A DNA stretch of 64,000 bases from assembly GCA_965140415.1 (NCBI GenBank), contig OZ223209.1:1600001-1664000 (forward strand). The letters run 5' to 3'. The translations under genes were made by a program, and so were the position numbers. Within the stretch, counting starts at the first letter, position 1. The number at the start of each line of letters is the position of its first letter. Below are positions 10,104 through 20,178 of this stretch, in pieces. This DNA is from Myxococcota bacterium (GTDB taxonomy: Bacteria; Myxococcota_A; SURF-8). Below the pieces are notes generated by a model. It did no database searches and was not told the origin of the DNA. It worked only from the letters and a program-made list of their open reading frames with translations.

Positions 10104-10487
10104 TCATCCGTTGGAGGGAGGGGAATCATCCAGATCCTCGATGGTCGGAACCTGGGGTTCCTTGAAACTCAACAATGCAAAGATGATTCCCAGAACGATG
10201 GAAATGATCCCGACATACTGATACATCCCGTAGAGACCATGTACGATTTTCGCTTCGGCGTCGCGTTCCACTTCCTCTTTACTGAGTTTAGCTGCGGTTT
10301 CTCCGGTGGGTTTGTCCGGTTGCTTGAGTTGATCCAGAAAACGGGCGCGTTCGCTCTGACCCAGGTGCGGATAGCTGGTTTCGTATTTATCCAGTTCATA
10401 ATGGGAGAGCAGATTGATGAACAGTCCGGCGGCGATGAAGATCATGCCGATGAAAAACCACTTTCTAAGATAGAAGGGACGCTTCAC
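10104..10487 (-). CDS. Hypothetical protein with two transmembrane segments
   Basis: Two hydrophobic helices; GTGA overlap with the upstream gene and a 9-bp gap to the downstream gene. Confidence 0.7.
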   Translation of the reverse strand: MKRPFYLRKWFFIGMIFIAAGLFINLLSHYELDKYETSYPHLGQSERARFLDQLKQPDKPTGETAAKLSKEEVERDAEAKIVHGLYGMYQYVGIISIVLGIIFALLSFKEPQVPTIEDLDDSPPSNG

Positions 10488-10897
10488 GAACTTTTCCCCG
10501 TCTTTTTACTACCGATCTGGATCTTGCTGCCTTTGCTTCCCGGCTTGTCGGAGCGTTTGAAGTTCACTTCCGCTTTGACTTCGATGGTCATCTGGCTCAG
10601 CGCCTTGACGACTTCCTCGGAAAGATCGGTCGCTTCCAAAAAGCGTTTGAATTCCCGCCCGAACAACGAAATGATCTCGCTTTTACTGCGGTCGGCTTGG
10701 CCGATCAGGTAGTTGATCAGTTCTTTGGGGAGCGCAAAGGGTTTGACTGTGACCTTTTCGCCTTCTTCCGATGTGTTGAGAAGCACGCCCAGTCCCGAAT
10801 CGATCAGACGCCGGAATAGACGTGGGCTGTCCTCGATTTCCGGGCTGTTGTCGGTTGCGGAGCCTTCTTCCCGATCCGAATTGCGTTTTTTCGTCAT
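10484..10897 (-). CDS. Hypothetical helical protein resembling a conserved myxobacterial family
   Basis: ORF fits the operon; LPKELINYLIGQADRSKSEI...REFKRFLE...IEVKAEVNF. Confidence 0.7.
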   Translation of the reverse strand: MTKKRNSDREEGSATDNSPEIEDSPRLFRRLIDSGLGVLLNTSEEGEKVTVKPFALPKELINYLIGQADRSKSEIISLFGREFKRFLEATDLSEEVVKALSQMTIEVKAEVNFKRSDKPGSKGSKIQIGSKKTGKSS

Positions 10898-10929
10898 GTA
10901 ACTGTCCCCTAGAAAGGTCGCTGGTGCGG

Positions 10930-11319
10930 TTAATCGACTTCCGCCAATACCTGCTCAATGTAACTGGTGTCGTAGCAGATGCGCCCGTCGATGTTGTTTT
11001 CCAGGCACTCGCTTTCGTTTCCCTCGCTACAGTCGTCCAGTTCGATCGTTCCCGGATTGTCGAAGAACTCCGCCTGGATCTGGCTGCATTCGCGTTGCGA
11101 GAAATTGCCCACAGGCACCTGCTGTACGCCGCTGCAATAAATCCCCAGGCTTTCGCCGTCTACACGAATCTCGACCATGCTTGAGCTGTTGTTGGTCACG
11201 AGCAGCCGGTATTCCCCCGGGTCGGGTTCCCACAGCGGACTACTTTCACTTATACAATGGGTATCACACCCACAGACAAAAAGCAACGCCACCCACAGCC
11301 AGCAACGGTTCATCCGCAT
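10930..11319 (-). CDS. Small Cys-containing putative lipoprotein
   Basis: Lipobox-like LLFVCGC; starts 4 bp after the purA stop. Confidence 0.65.
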   Translation of the reverse strand: MRMNRCWLWVALLFVCGCDTHCISESSPLWEPDPGEYRLLVTNNSSSMVEIRVDGESLGIYCSGVQQVPVGNFSQRECSQIQAEFFDNPGTIELDDCSEGNESECLENNIDGRICYDTSYIEQVLAEVD

Positions 11320-11323
11320 GTAA

Positions 11324-12718
<1,395 letters not shown>

Positions 12719-13675
12719 TTAGCGTTGCACGTCTTTTTCGTTCAATGCATTTCGCAGCGTTCCCTTGGTCAGATAATCCGCCACCTGTTCCGCCGCCGCG
12801 ATGGCGACATTGTCTTGGGCTTCCTTTGTGGATGCGCCCAGATGCGGCGTAGCGATCACGTTGTCCAGCTTGAGCAGCTTATGCTCGCCTGGAGGTTCGG
12901 TCGCGAAGACATCCAGCGCCGCACCGGAGAGGGTGCCGTCCGTCAACGCCGTGTACAGCGCTTCTTCATCGACGATACCGCCGCGCGAACACTGAATCAA
13001 GAACGCCCCCTTCTTCATTTTGGCGAATTGTTCCGCGCCGATGAAGCCGGTGGTTTCTTTGGACTTATTTAAGTGGATACTGATGTAGTCCGAACGCTGC
13101 AAGAGCTCGTCCAACTCCACCATTTCAACGTTCAGGCCTTCGGGCAGTTCCGGCTTGAACTTATCGAAGGCAATCACGTTCATGCGCAGGCCACAGGCGC
13201 GGTCGGCGACGATCTTGCCGATGTTGCCCAGGCCGATCACACCCAGGGTCTTTTTGAAAACTTCGCGGCCCTGAAGCTGTTTCTTGGCCCACTGGCCGTT
13301 TTTCAGCGTCATGGTTCCCTGCGGCACGTTGCGCGTCAAGGCCATCATCATGGCGATGGCGTGCTCGGCGGTGGTTACGGTGTTACCACCGGGTGTATTC
13401 GTGACATACGTGCCGTTTTTATTGGCGGCTTCGATGTCGATGTTGTCCACGCCGGTTCCGGCGCGGGCGATGATCTTGAGGTTTTTGGCGGCACTGAAAA
13501 TATCGGCGGTGACTTTGGTGGCGCTACGCACCAGCAGACCGTCGTATTCGCCGATCACGGCTTTCAGTTCTTCCGGGCTCATGCCGGTTTTCACGTCGAA
13601 TTCGATACCGGGAACGGAACCCAGAATCTCGTTTGCGATGTTGGACATACTGTCGCTAATCAATACTTTCGGCAT
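12719..13675 (-). CDS. serA: D-3-phosphoglycerate dehydrogenase, short form without ACT domain
   Basis: VRSATKVT, RAGTGVDNID, NTPGGNTVTTAEH, GLGNIG, ALDVFATEP, TPHLGASTKEAQ; GGAGG RBS. Confidence 0.88.
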   Translation of the reverse strand: MPKVLISDSMSNIANEILGSVPGIEFDVKTGMSPEELKAVIGEYDGLLVRSATKVTADIFSAAKNLKIIARAGTGVDNIDIEAANKNGTYVTNTPGGNTVTTAEHAIAMMMALTRNVPQGTMTLKNGQWAKKQLQGREVFKKTLGVIGLGNIGKIVADRACGLRMNVIAFDKFKPELPEGLNVEMVELDELLQRSDYISIHLNKSKETTGFIGAEQFAKMKKGAFLIQCSRGGIVDEEALYTALTDGTLSGAALDVFATEPPGEHKLLKLDNVIATPHLGASTKEAQDNVAIAAAEQVADYLTKGTLRNALNEKDVQR

Positions 13676-13811
13676 CACTGCTCCTCCAATTGTCGCGGGT
13701 GGTCGTTGACCGCCAAGTTCAGAATACGAATCGCAGGAAACGTTGTCGTCCGGTTCCAGTCGCGAAAAAGGCCGTCCGGCGACAACACCCGAACGACCGT
13801 CAGCCCGCAGG

Positions 13812-13841
13812 GTTTTACCACTGCTGGCGAGCGTCTGTCAA
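13812..13841 (-). promoter_or_regulatory. Sigma70-type promoter for serA-purA
   Basis: TTGACA-18 nt-TAAAAC with a TG extension, minus strand. Confidence 0.55.
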
Positions 13842-13886
13842 GCTCACAACGCTACCTGTTTCCCGGAATAATCGGGGCGAATCGTT

Positions 13887-14276
13887 TCAGTCTTCTTCGT
13901 CGTTCAACAGGCCGTTTGCCAACTCGTCACGGAAACGATCGTCGAAGTCGTAATCTTCGTTGATCGCAGCGATTTCCTGGGCGTGTTGAGCCAAGTAATA
14001 ATCGACCACGATTTCCGCCAGACGATCCAATCGCTTGCCCACGCGCGCTTCCAATAGCTTCTTCGTGCGTTCTTTCAAGAGTTCCTGGAAGGATTCTTCC
14101 GTAATTTCAAGCATGTGTTCTTTCAACTCATCCACTTCGTCGCCTTCTTCCATTGCTGCCGGTTCGTGGCTGTGCGGCATGTCGTGAGAATGGGCGAAAG
14201 GATCGCGCGGACGGCCAGGCCAGTCCGCCGACGGCGGACCGCCGTGATGGTGGTGGTGATGACGATCGTCACACAT
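13887..14276 (-). CDS. His-rich hypothetical protein
   Basis: MCDDRHHHHHH...HSHDMPHSH followed by an acidic helical domain; GAGGAGG RBS before ATG 14276. Confidence 0.75.
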   Translation of the reverse strand: MCDDRHHHHHHGGPPSADWPGRPRDPFAHSHDMPHSHEPAAMEEGDEVDELKEHMLEITEESFQELLKERTKKLLEARVGKRLDRLAEIVVDYYLAQHAQEIAAINEDYDFDDRFRDELANGLLNDEED

Positions 14277-14534
14277 GGAGCGCCTCCTCATCGAAGGATT
14301 GGGTTAGCGATTCGATTTACCTTCTGCACGTATCAGAGGATAGCAGGCTGGCAGCAGAAAATGCAAGCGCTTTCGAATTCAAGAAGTTTTCATCAGTTTA
14401 TAGGGATGAGAATTCCGGCACTTGGTTGTATTCCGAACGATTGAGTAAGTTACAGGTGTGCCCCTGCCAAGTGCATAGCACCCGGCAGGGGCGATTTCAA
14501 TCACAGTCGGGTGAGTTTTACCCGGCTGTAGCCA

Positions 14535-16922
14535 CTATCTGGTAATATCGGTTTCGTTTTCGATATCGCCATCTTCAACAATCACTCCCTCGCCTTCATG
14601 TGAGCCGATGTCGTAGGCCGTGCCGATCGGTCTCGAAACGCCGTCGATGTCTTCGTCGATTGGCAGATTTAAATCGGTCGGATCGGCACCGGCATCGATG
14701 CAAGGGCTCATTTGCTGCAACCGGTAATCATCGGTCAGGGGATCGACAAACAAGGGATCGGCCATGATGTTCTCTGCGCAGGTTCCCCAGGAGCAGCCGT
14801 TCACTTCATCCATGTCGTTGATGCAGCGATTATCTCCGCAAATTGCGTAGTTCTCGTTAAGCCCTTCCGTGCGGGCATCGAAGAAGGCGTTGTTGAGCAA
14901 GGAGACCATGGTGGAACTCGACATCCCGTACACTATACCGCAACTGTAGGATTCACTGTTATTGCAGGGGGCCATCGGTTTGCCGAGATCGATGATGTTG
15001 TTCACAATCACATGCAAACCATGCGATACTTTAATCCCCGCGATTTGGTTGGCTGGGTTTTCTGCGGCGATGATGACATTGTGGGCAATGGCCGTTTCGC
15101 TTGACGAATCCACTTTGATTCCGGTCGAGAAACTGGATCCTCCCTCGATGCGAATGTCGTTGTTATAGATATTTGCCTGCTTGGCTTCGGACAGATCGAT
15201 GCCGATGGATCGGCTATAGTGGGAACCCGTGACGATACGATTGCCGCTGATCTGCACCAGTTCGTTGACGGGATCATTGATTCCGATAGCGGTTTGTTCG
15301 GCGTGGATTGTATTGTCGATGACGGTCACGAAATCGTGCGAGCTTGCGATAATCCCGTTCGTGCCGCGCAGGATATTGTCCCGGATATACGCCGCGGAAT
15401 CCGATCGGATGTGGACGGCGCAGTTGTTCTGGTGCACCTCGCCGTTCATTAAAATTTCATTGCGCAGTAGCACCAGATCGGAATGAATCTTTGCATCGAC
15501 CATGTAACAAGATTGCTCCGTGCAGGTGTGCGACAGTTTGTTGTCGGTAGCGGTCATGTTGACGAAAGAGTCTACACTCAACAATCCCTGCCCGGTAATC
15601 GTAATGCCCTGAATTGCGAGATCTACCGGTGGTCCATAAGGATCTTCCCCCCAATTCGGGTTCCATTTCGCAAAGCCGATGGGGCCTTCGATGGTAGTGA
15701 CGTTGGTCTGGATGTCCCGGGTCCAGTTTTGGTCTTCATAACCGCCGAAGATGGAATTGCTTGATCCTCCGACTAAAGGTCCATAGTCGCCGGCGGCGAC
15801 GAAGATCACCTTGCCGCCGAAGCCTCGCAGTCGTTCAACCGCCAGTTTCACCGAGCTCAATGGCGCTTCCCGAGTGCCCGGATTGTCTTCTTTTCCGTTA
15901 GGCGATACGAACAAGCCATTTTCGTTGGTGGCTTCCGGTGCCAGATCGTCCGGTCCCGGCATGGTTTCCCAGTCGGCGTAGAAGGGGGGCCAGTCCCGCG
16001 GTTTGTTCGGATCCCAGGCTTCAGGATCGCAGGTCGGGCATTCGATTGCTTTGGCGACACACATGCCGTCCTTAAACACACCGTTTTCGTCGTAAACCGG
16101 CAGGCACAGGCTGTTTTCACCACAGATATATCCCTTGGCCTCACAACGAGTGTAGCTGGTGAAATCATCATCCAAGCCGCAACGGTCACTGCAACGCTGC
16201 GTATCGTTCTGGCTGGCATCGGGTGATTCGCAGACCGGGTTGTTTTCCTCGTAGCAGATGCCGCACTCATCCGATCCGCCGACATTGATGCAGAACGCGC
16301 CCGAGTCGCAACGATTCAGATCGCAGCGCATCACGCAGTAGGATGGATCGCCGTTTTCCGGGTGATAACAATAGGGATATCCCTCGCCCCGTTGCAGGCA
16401 TTCGAAATCGGTGGTGCAGGCATAGGAGCGGGTGCATTCCACAATATCCTGCCCGGTATCGCTTGCAGCTTCCTTGCATTCGCAGGTATAGACAATGCCT
16501 TCTTCCGGTCCCGTCTGGGCGCATGTAGCCCAGTTGACCGGAATCTGTTTCCATTGGTTCAACGGGTTTCCGTTTCTGTCGAAGTCGATGCATTTGCAGA
16601 TCTTATCGTCAGGCATACAGATGACCTGTGGACCGTTATTAAAGTCACATGCCCCTTCACAAACGAAGGTATTTTCGCTCTCTTCCTCCGATTGTGTGTC
16701 GAAATCACCGTCCGACGGAGTCTTCTCGATCTCCTGCTCGCCGTGGCCCGAGTCGAAATCTCCATCCACACCAATCGGATCGGCATCCATATCGCTATCC
16801 GAATCGCCATCTGAATCGCCATCTGTGAATGAGCCATCCTGATCGCTCTCACTACAAGAAAGGACGAGTAGCATCAGCAGCAAGGTTGTGAATAATAAGG
16901 TGGTTGAAAAAAAACGTTTCAT
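14535..16922 (-). CDS. Lipoprotein: DGD linker, Cys-rich region, DUF1565/right-handed beta-helix, choice-of-anchor-Q-like C-terminus
   Basis: Lipobox LVLSC; FVSPNGKEDNPGTREAPLSSV; DPLFVD..DYRLQQMSPCIDAG..DIDGVSRP..YDIGSHE; GGAGG RBS. Confidence 0.8.
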   Translation of the reverse strand: MKRFFSTTLLFTTLLLMLLVLSCSESDQDGSFTDGDSDGDSDSDMDADPIGVDGDFDSGHGEQEIEKTPSDGDFDTQSEEESENTFVCEGACDFNNGPQVICMPDDKICKCIDFDRNGNPLNQWKQIPVNWATCAQTGPEEGIVYTCECKEAASDTGQDIVECTRSYACTTDFECLQRGEGYPYCYHPENGDPSYCVMRCDLNRCDSGAFCINVGGSDECGICYEENNPVCESPDASQNDTQRCSDRCGLDDDFTSYTRCEAKGYICGENSLCLPVYDENGVFKDGMCVAKAIECPTCDPEAWDPNKPRDWPPFYADWETMPGPDDLAPEATNENGLFVSPNGKEDNPGTREAPLSSVKLAVERLRGFGGKVIFVAAGDYGPLVGGSSNSIFGGYEDQNWTRDIQTNVTTIEGPIGFAKWNPNWGEDPYGPPVDLAIQGITITGQGLLSVDSFVNMTATDNKLSHTCTEQSCYMVDAKIHSDLVLLRNEILMNGEVHQNNCAVHIRSDSAAYIRDNILRGTNGIIASSHDFVTVIDNTIHAEQTAIGINDPVNELVQISGNRIVTGSHYSRSIGIDLSEAKQANIYNNDIRIEGGSSFSTGIKVDSSSETAIAHNVIIAAENPANQIAGIKVSHGLHVIVNNIIDLGKPMAPCNNSESYSCGIVYGMSSSTMVSLLNNAFFDARTEGLNENYAICGDNRCINDMDEVNGCSWGTCAENIMADPLFVDPLTDDYRLQQMSPCIDAGADPTDLNLPIDEDIDGVSRPIGTAYDIGSHEGEGVIVEDGDIENETDITR

Positions 16923-17324
16923 ATCGTACCTCCCAATCAACCGATGAATTTCCGCATACCCGACGATGTGCCGGTTGTTGCGTTTTCTGTTTTCATCGTA
17001 TTGGGATTATTGCTTTCAGACAAGATAAAAAACACCAAAAATTTCGAAAAGTGTTCACTGTTAGTGAACGATAAAATCCTTAAAAACAAGGAAAAAATAG
17101 AATATACAGTAAGATAGACACGGTATCTTAAATTGTAATGGAATAATACATCTAAAATTAGTGAACGTTATGGAGGTGACAGAGAGGTCGTCGGGGCGCA
17201 TTGTCGTGCAATGTGCTTTCTTGAAATTATACACGGCCTCCCGGAATTTTCATTCCGTGAGACCCTGGTACATCGCGATTAGATTAATAGATAGGCAGGA
17301 ACGAGTAAGAACTCCTATAAATGC

Positions 17325-19751
17325 TTACTCCTCGCTTTGCGGGGCGTCGATCATCTTGAAGTAACGCGCCATCCAATAGGGGAGCAGGAAGAATACGCCG
17401 TCATCCTCCATGCGTCCACCGAGTTGGTCGGGATCGTCTTCGCTGCTCCACTCGCAGGCATAGGGGTTATCGTCATAACGGCAGAGCTTGCGCTCGTTGA
17501 TGGGTAGCGCTTCCGTAAGCTGCTTTTTGCCTTCGCTGTCGGTGGCCGAATTCAATTCCACATCCGCCCGCCAGCAGGTGTCGATGCGCCAGTCTACCAG
17601 ATCCAAAGGTGTTTCGCGCAGCGTCTGGACTGCCTGAGCCAGATCGAAGCCGTTGTGTTTGAATACACCGTAGATAATGTTGAACAGCGGTGCATTCTGC
17701 TCGCGGATCTGTCCGAAGGCTTCTTCCAATGAGTCCATGTAGATTTCACGGAAATCGATTACGTCGGCATAACGCAGCAATGTCAGATACGACAGGAAGG
17801 CCAGTTGGTCGCTGGCATGATCGGCCTTGCGCGTGGCGCTCATTGTAGCCTGATGCAGGGTGGTGTTGGCGTACTCGGCTACATGCGCCCGATCGATGTA
17901 GGCTTTCCAGTAGGTGTCGTCGCCGGTGATGTGATAGGCCGCGCGTAACAGCGCCAGCACCTTCAAGGCGTTTAATCCGCCTTCGCCCTCTGCCCCAAGC
18001 GCACCCGTGACGGCTTCGTCGTTGTAGCGCCCGGCAGTGGTGGCGTTGCCCGTTTTCGGATCGATCAACTGGTAATTGTGCTCGATGATATGCGTGGCGA
18101 TGCGCCCCAGGGCTGCGGCGACCGTTTCTTTTTCCTGCTCGTCTGCCAACAGATCCCAGTAGAACGGATACAGCAACACATGCCCGACGATGGAGTCGCT
18201 GCCGGTATCGGAGAGCCAGTCGTACAAGTCGCTGCGGAACCAGTTCTCCTGATCGATGGGTCCATCCCCACGCGGGAAGATGGAAGCAGCCGGGAAGCCG
18301 GGGAAGGTGTCGAAATTAGGAGCCTTTTCCAGCTCCAGCAGTAGATTCAGGCTGGCTTTGGCGTTGGCGGCGGCTTCGGCTTTTTTCGTGGCATCGGTCA
18401 GCGTTTTACTGCGGAAGACTTCCGAGAGCGCGTACATGCCGGTCCACAGGGCTTCGTCGTTTAGCTGCTGCGGCGAGCAGTCGCTGGTATCTCCGGAGGC
18501 GGCCAGGGTGCAGCGCGCCGTAAAGGCTTCCATTCGCAGGTGGCGTTCGCGCAGGATGCTATGGAAGTATTCCGCTTTTTCCTCCAGGGTCCACAAGTCC
18601 TGATACACGCGTGAAACGCCGCCATCGTGGCCGATCCAGGCTCCGCCCTCCTGATCGAAACCGATGCAGCGCACGTCATCTTCCAACAACCATCGGCGAC
18701 TGTGGAAGACTTTCCAGCGGTCGTTGTCGCTGTCCGGGTCGTTCATCATGACACCTTTTTCGGTGGCCAGCCACAAGCGCCCGGTGCTGTCCAGGGTGAC
18801 CTGCTTGATGTTGTCCCAGGGCATGCCGCCGGTTTTTGCGGCAATACTGGACAGGCGACGGTGGTTGTCGTAGCGCATCAATCCGGTATCCAGGCTGATC
18901 CACATTTCGTTGCGGTCGCCGAACAATTCCACCGATTTCAAACGCCCTTCGATCAGCTGCTTGTCTTCCTCGTCGCTGTCGGAGGCAAGCACGAACCACT
19001 GGTTGTTGTCCAACAGGTGCACCTGATCGGCGGCTCCCAATCCACGCTTGATCAAGGCAATGCGGCCATCGACGCTATCGGTGATATCTACAATCGGTCC
19101 GCTCGGATAATTCCCTTTTTTATTACATTCGCTTGTCAGTTCCCATACGCCATTGCTGCTACCGATGAGAAGCTGATCGTAGGAGCCGGTGGCGATGGCG
19201 TTGGGACTGTCGGTCAGGGCGCAGTCCACCGTTTCGATGGAGCCTCCCAGCCGATAGGAAAACAGGCGTTCGTCCGTGTTTTCACTGGTAACCAACATGT
19301 ACAGCGTATTATTGTAGCCTGTTGCCAGGTCCAACACCTGGAAGTCGTCATAGGGAGCGGGAACGCGCGTAAGGCTTTCTGTGTCCGGATCGAAGCGGAA
19401 CAGGCCGTTTTTCGCGCCGATGAATGCGCCGCCGCCGACCCAGGGTTCGACCGCGTTGACTTCATAGGGTGTTTGTTGCTGGCCGGTTGCGCCGCTCCAT
19501 TGCATGCTGCGCCATTGCAGGTAGGGATCATCGGCCAGATGGTCATTGGTGTAGGCACCTGCCTCCCAGCGATCCCAGTCTTTATCTCCCTGCGCTTCCG
19601 GTTCTTCGTCCACATCGCCATCGATCCAGACGTATTCCTCCGGATCTTCGTCGGTCAGCGGTTGGGTGTCATTATTGTCGTCCGAACAAGCGCTGCAAAA
19701 GCATAATGACAACATCAGGATCGGAATGAAAACAGATAGGCGCTTCTTCAT
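17325..19751 (-). CDS. Lipoprotein with ligand-binding-sensor-type beta-propeller repeats and an uncharacterised helical C-terminal domain
   Basis: Lipobox FCSAC; propeller motifs LDSTGRLWLATEKG and FDQEGGAWIGHDGGVS; C-terminal FLLPYWMARYFKMI. Confidence 0.72.
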   Translation of the reverse strand: MKKRLSVFIPILMLSLCFCSACSDDNNDTQPLTDEDPEEYVWIDGDVDEEPEAQGDKDWDRWEAGAYTNDHLADDPYLQWRSMQWSGATGQQQTPYEVNAVEPWVGGGAFIGAKNGLFRFDPDTESLTRVPAPYDDFQVLDLATGYNNTLYMLVTSENTDERLFSYRLGGSIETVDCALTDSPNAIATGSYDQLLIGSSNGVWELTSECNKKGNYPSGPIVDITDSVDGRIALIKRGLGAADQVHLLDNNQWFVLASDSDEEDKQLIEGRLKSVELFGDRNEMWISLDTGLMRYDNHRRLSSIAAKTGGMPWDNIKQVTLDSTGRLWLATEKGVMMNDPDSDNDRWKVFHSRRWLLEDDVRCIGFDQEGGAWIGHDGGVSRVYQDLWTLEEKAEYFHSILRERHLRMEAFTARCTLAASGDTSDCSPQQLNDEALWTGMYALSEVFRSKTLTDATKKAEAAANAKASLNLLLELEKAPNFDTFPGFPAASIFPRGDGPIDQENWFRSDLYDWLSDTGSDSIVGHVLLYPFYWDLLADEQEKETVAAALGRIATHIIEHNYQLIDPKTGNATTAGRYNDEAVTGALGAEGEGGLNALKVLALLRAAYHITGDDTYWKAYIDRAHVAEYANTTLHQATMSATRKADHASDQLAFLSYLTLLRYADVIDFREIYMDSLEEAFGQIREQNAPLFNIIYGVFKHNGFDLAQAVQTLRETPLDLVDWRIDTCWRADVELNSATDSEGKKQLTEALPINERKLCRYDDNPYACEWSSEDDPDQLGGRMEDDGVFFLLPYWMARYFKMIDAPQSEE

Positions 19752-19932
19752 GTTATGGAAACTCCTTGGCAACGGAATGCGGTCGTTCACCCGAAAAGGC
19801 GAATGGGAACACTTCGACTATATTCGCCGTAGTGTAGCACAGCTCCGAAAGGGTGTCTATGCTGCGGGAAGCGGGAAAATACTCGAAAAGGAGCAGTAAG
19901 CGTGGGGACGATTTGATGACAGCAATATCCTT

Positions 19933-20082
19933 TGATCGTAGGGAAGAATCCCCAACTGCATATTCTTGTGTAATTACAATATGTTGAAGTTCTTGAAATA
20001 ATTCCGCTGATCGTAGGGAAGAATCCCCAACTGCATATTCTTGTGTAATTACAATATATTGAAGTTCTTGAAATAATTCCGC
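19933..20082. repeat. Tandem direct duplication of a 75-bp AT-rich unit (2 copies, 1 mismatch)
   Basis: TGATCGTAGGGAAGAATCCCC...GAAATAATTCCGC at 19933-20007 and 20008-20082. Confidence 0.95.
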
Positions 20083-20178
20083 GTGACCCGGACTCCATCT
20101 TTGTGTACGATGCCCGCGTGATTGATGCGTATGGTCGTAGCGTTGGTAAATTTTGAAGTAGAAACGGAAAGACCGCTT

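Noticed and set aside
13745-13770. ZMP/ZTP riboswitch suggested by CGCGACTGG upstream of serA-purA
   Set aside because: The downstream GUGG/CCAC stem and the CGCCUGGGCA element are absent
19787-20098. 103-aa minus-strand ORF with an internal repeat
   Set aside because: By-product of the 75-bp duplication (a multiple of 3) in an AT-rich promoter region; no recognisable protein features
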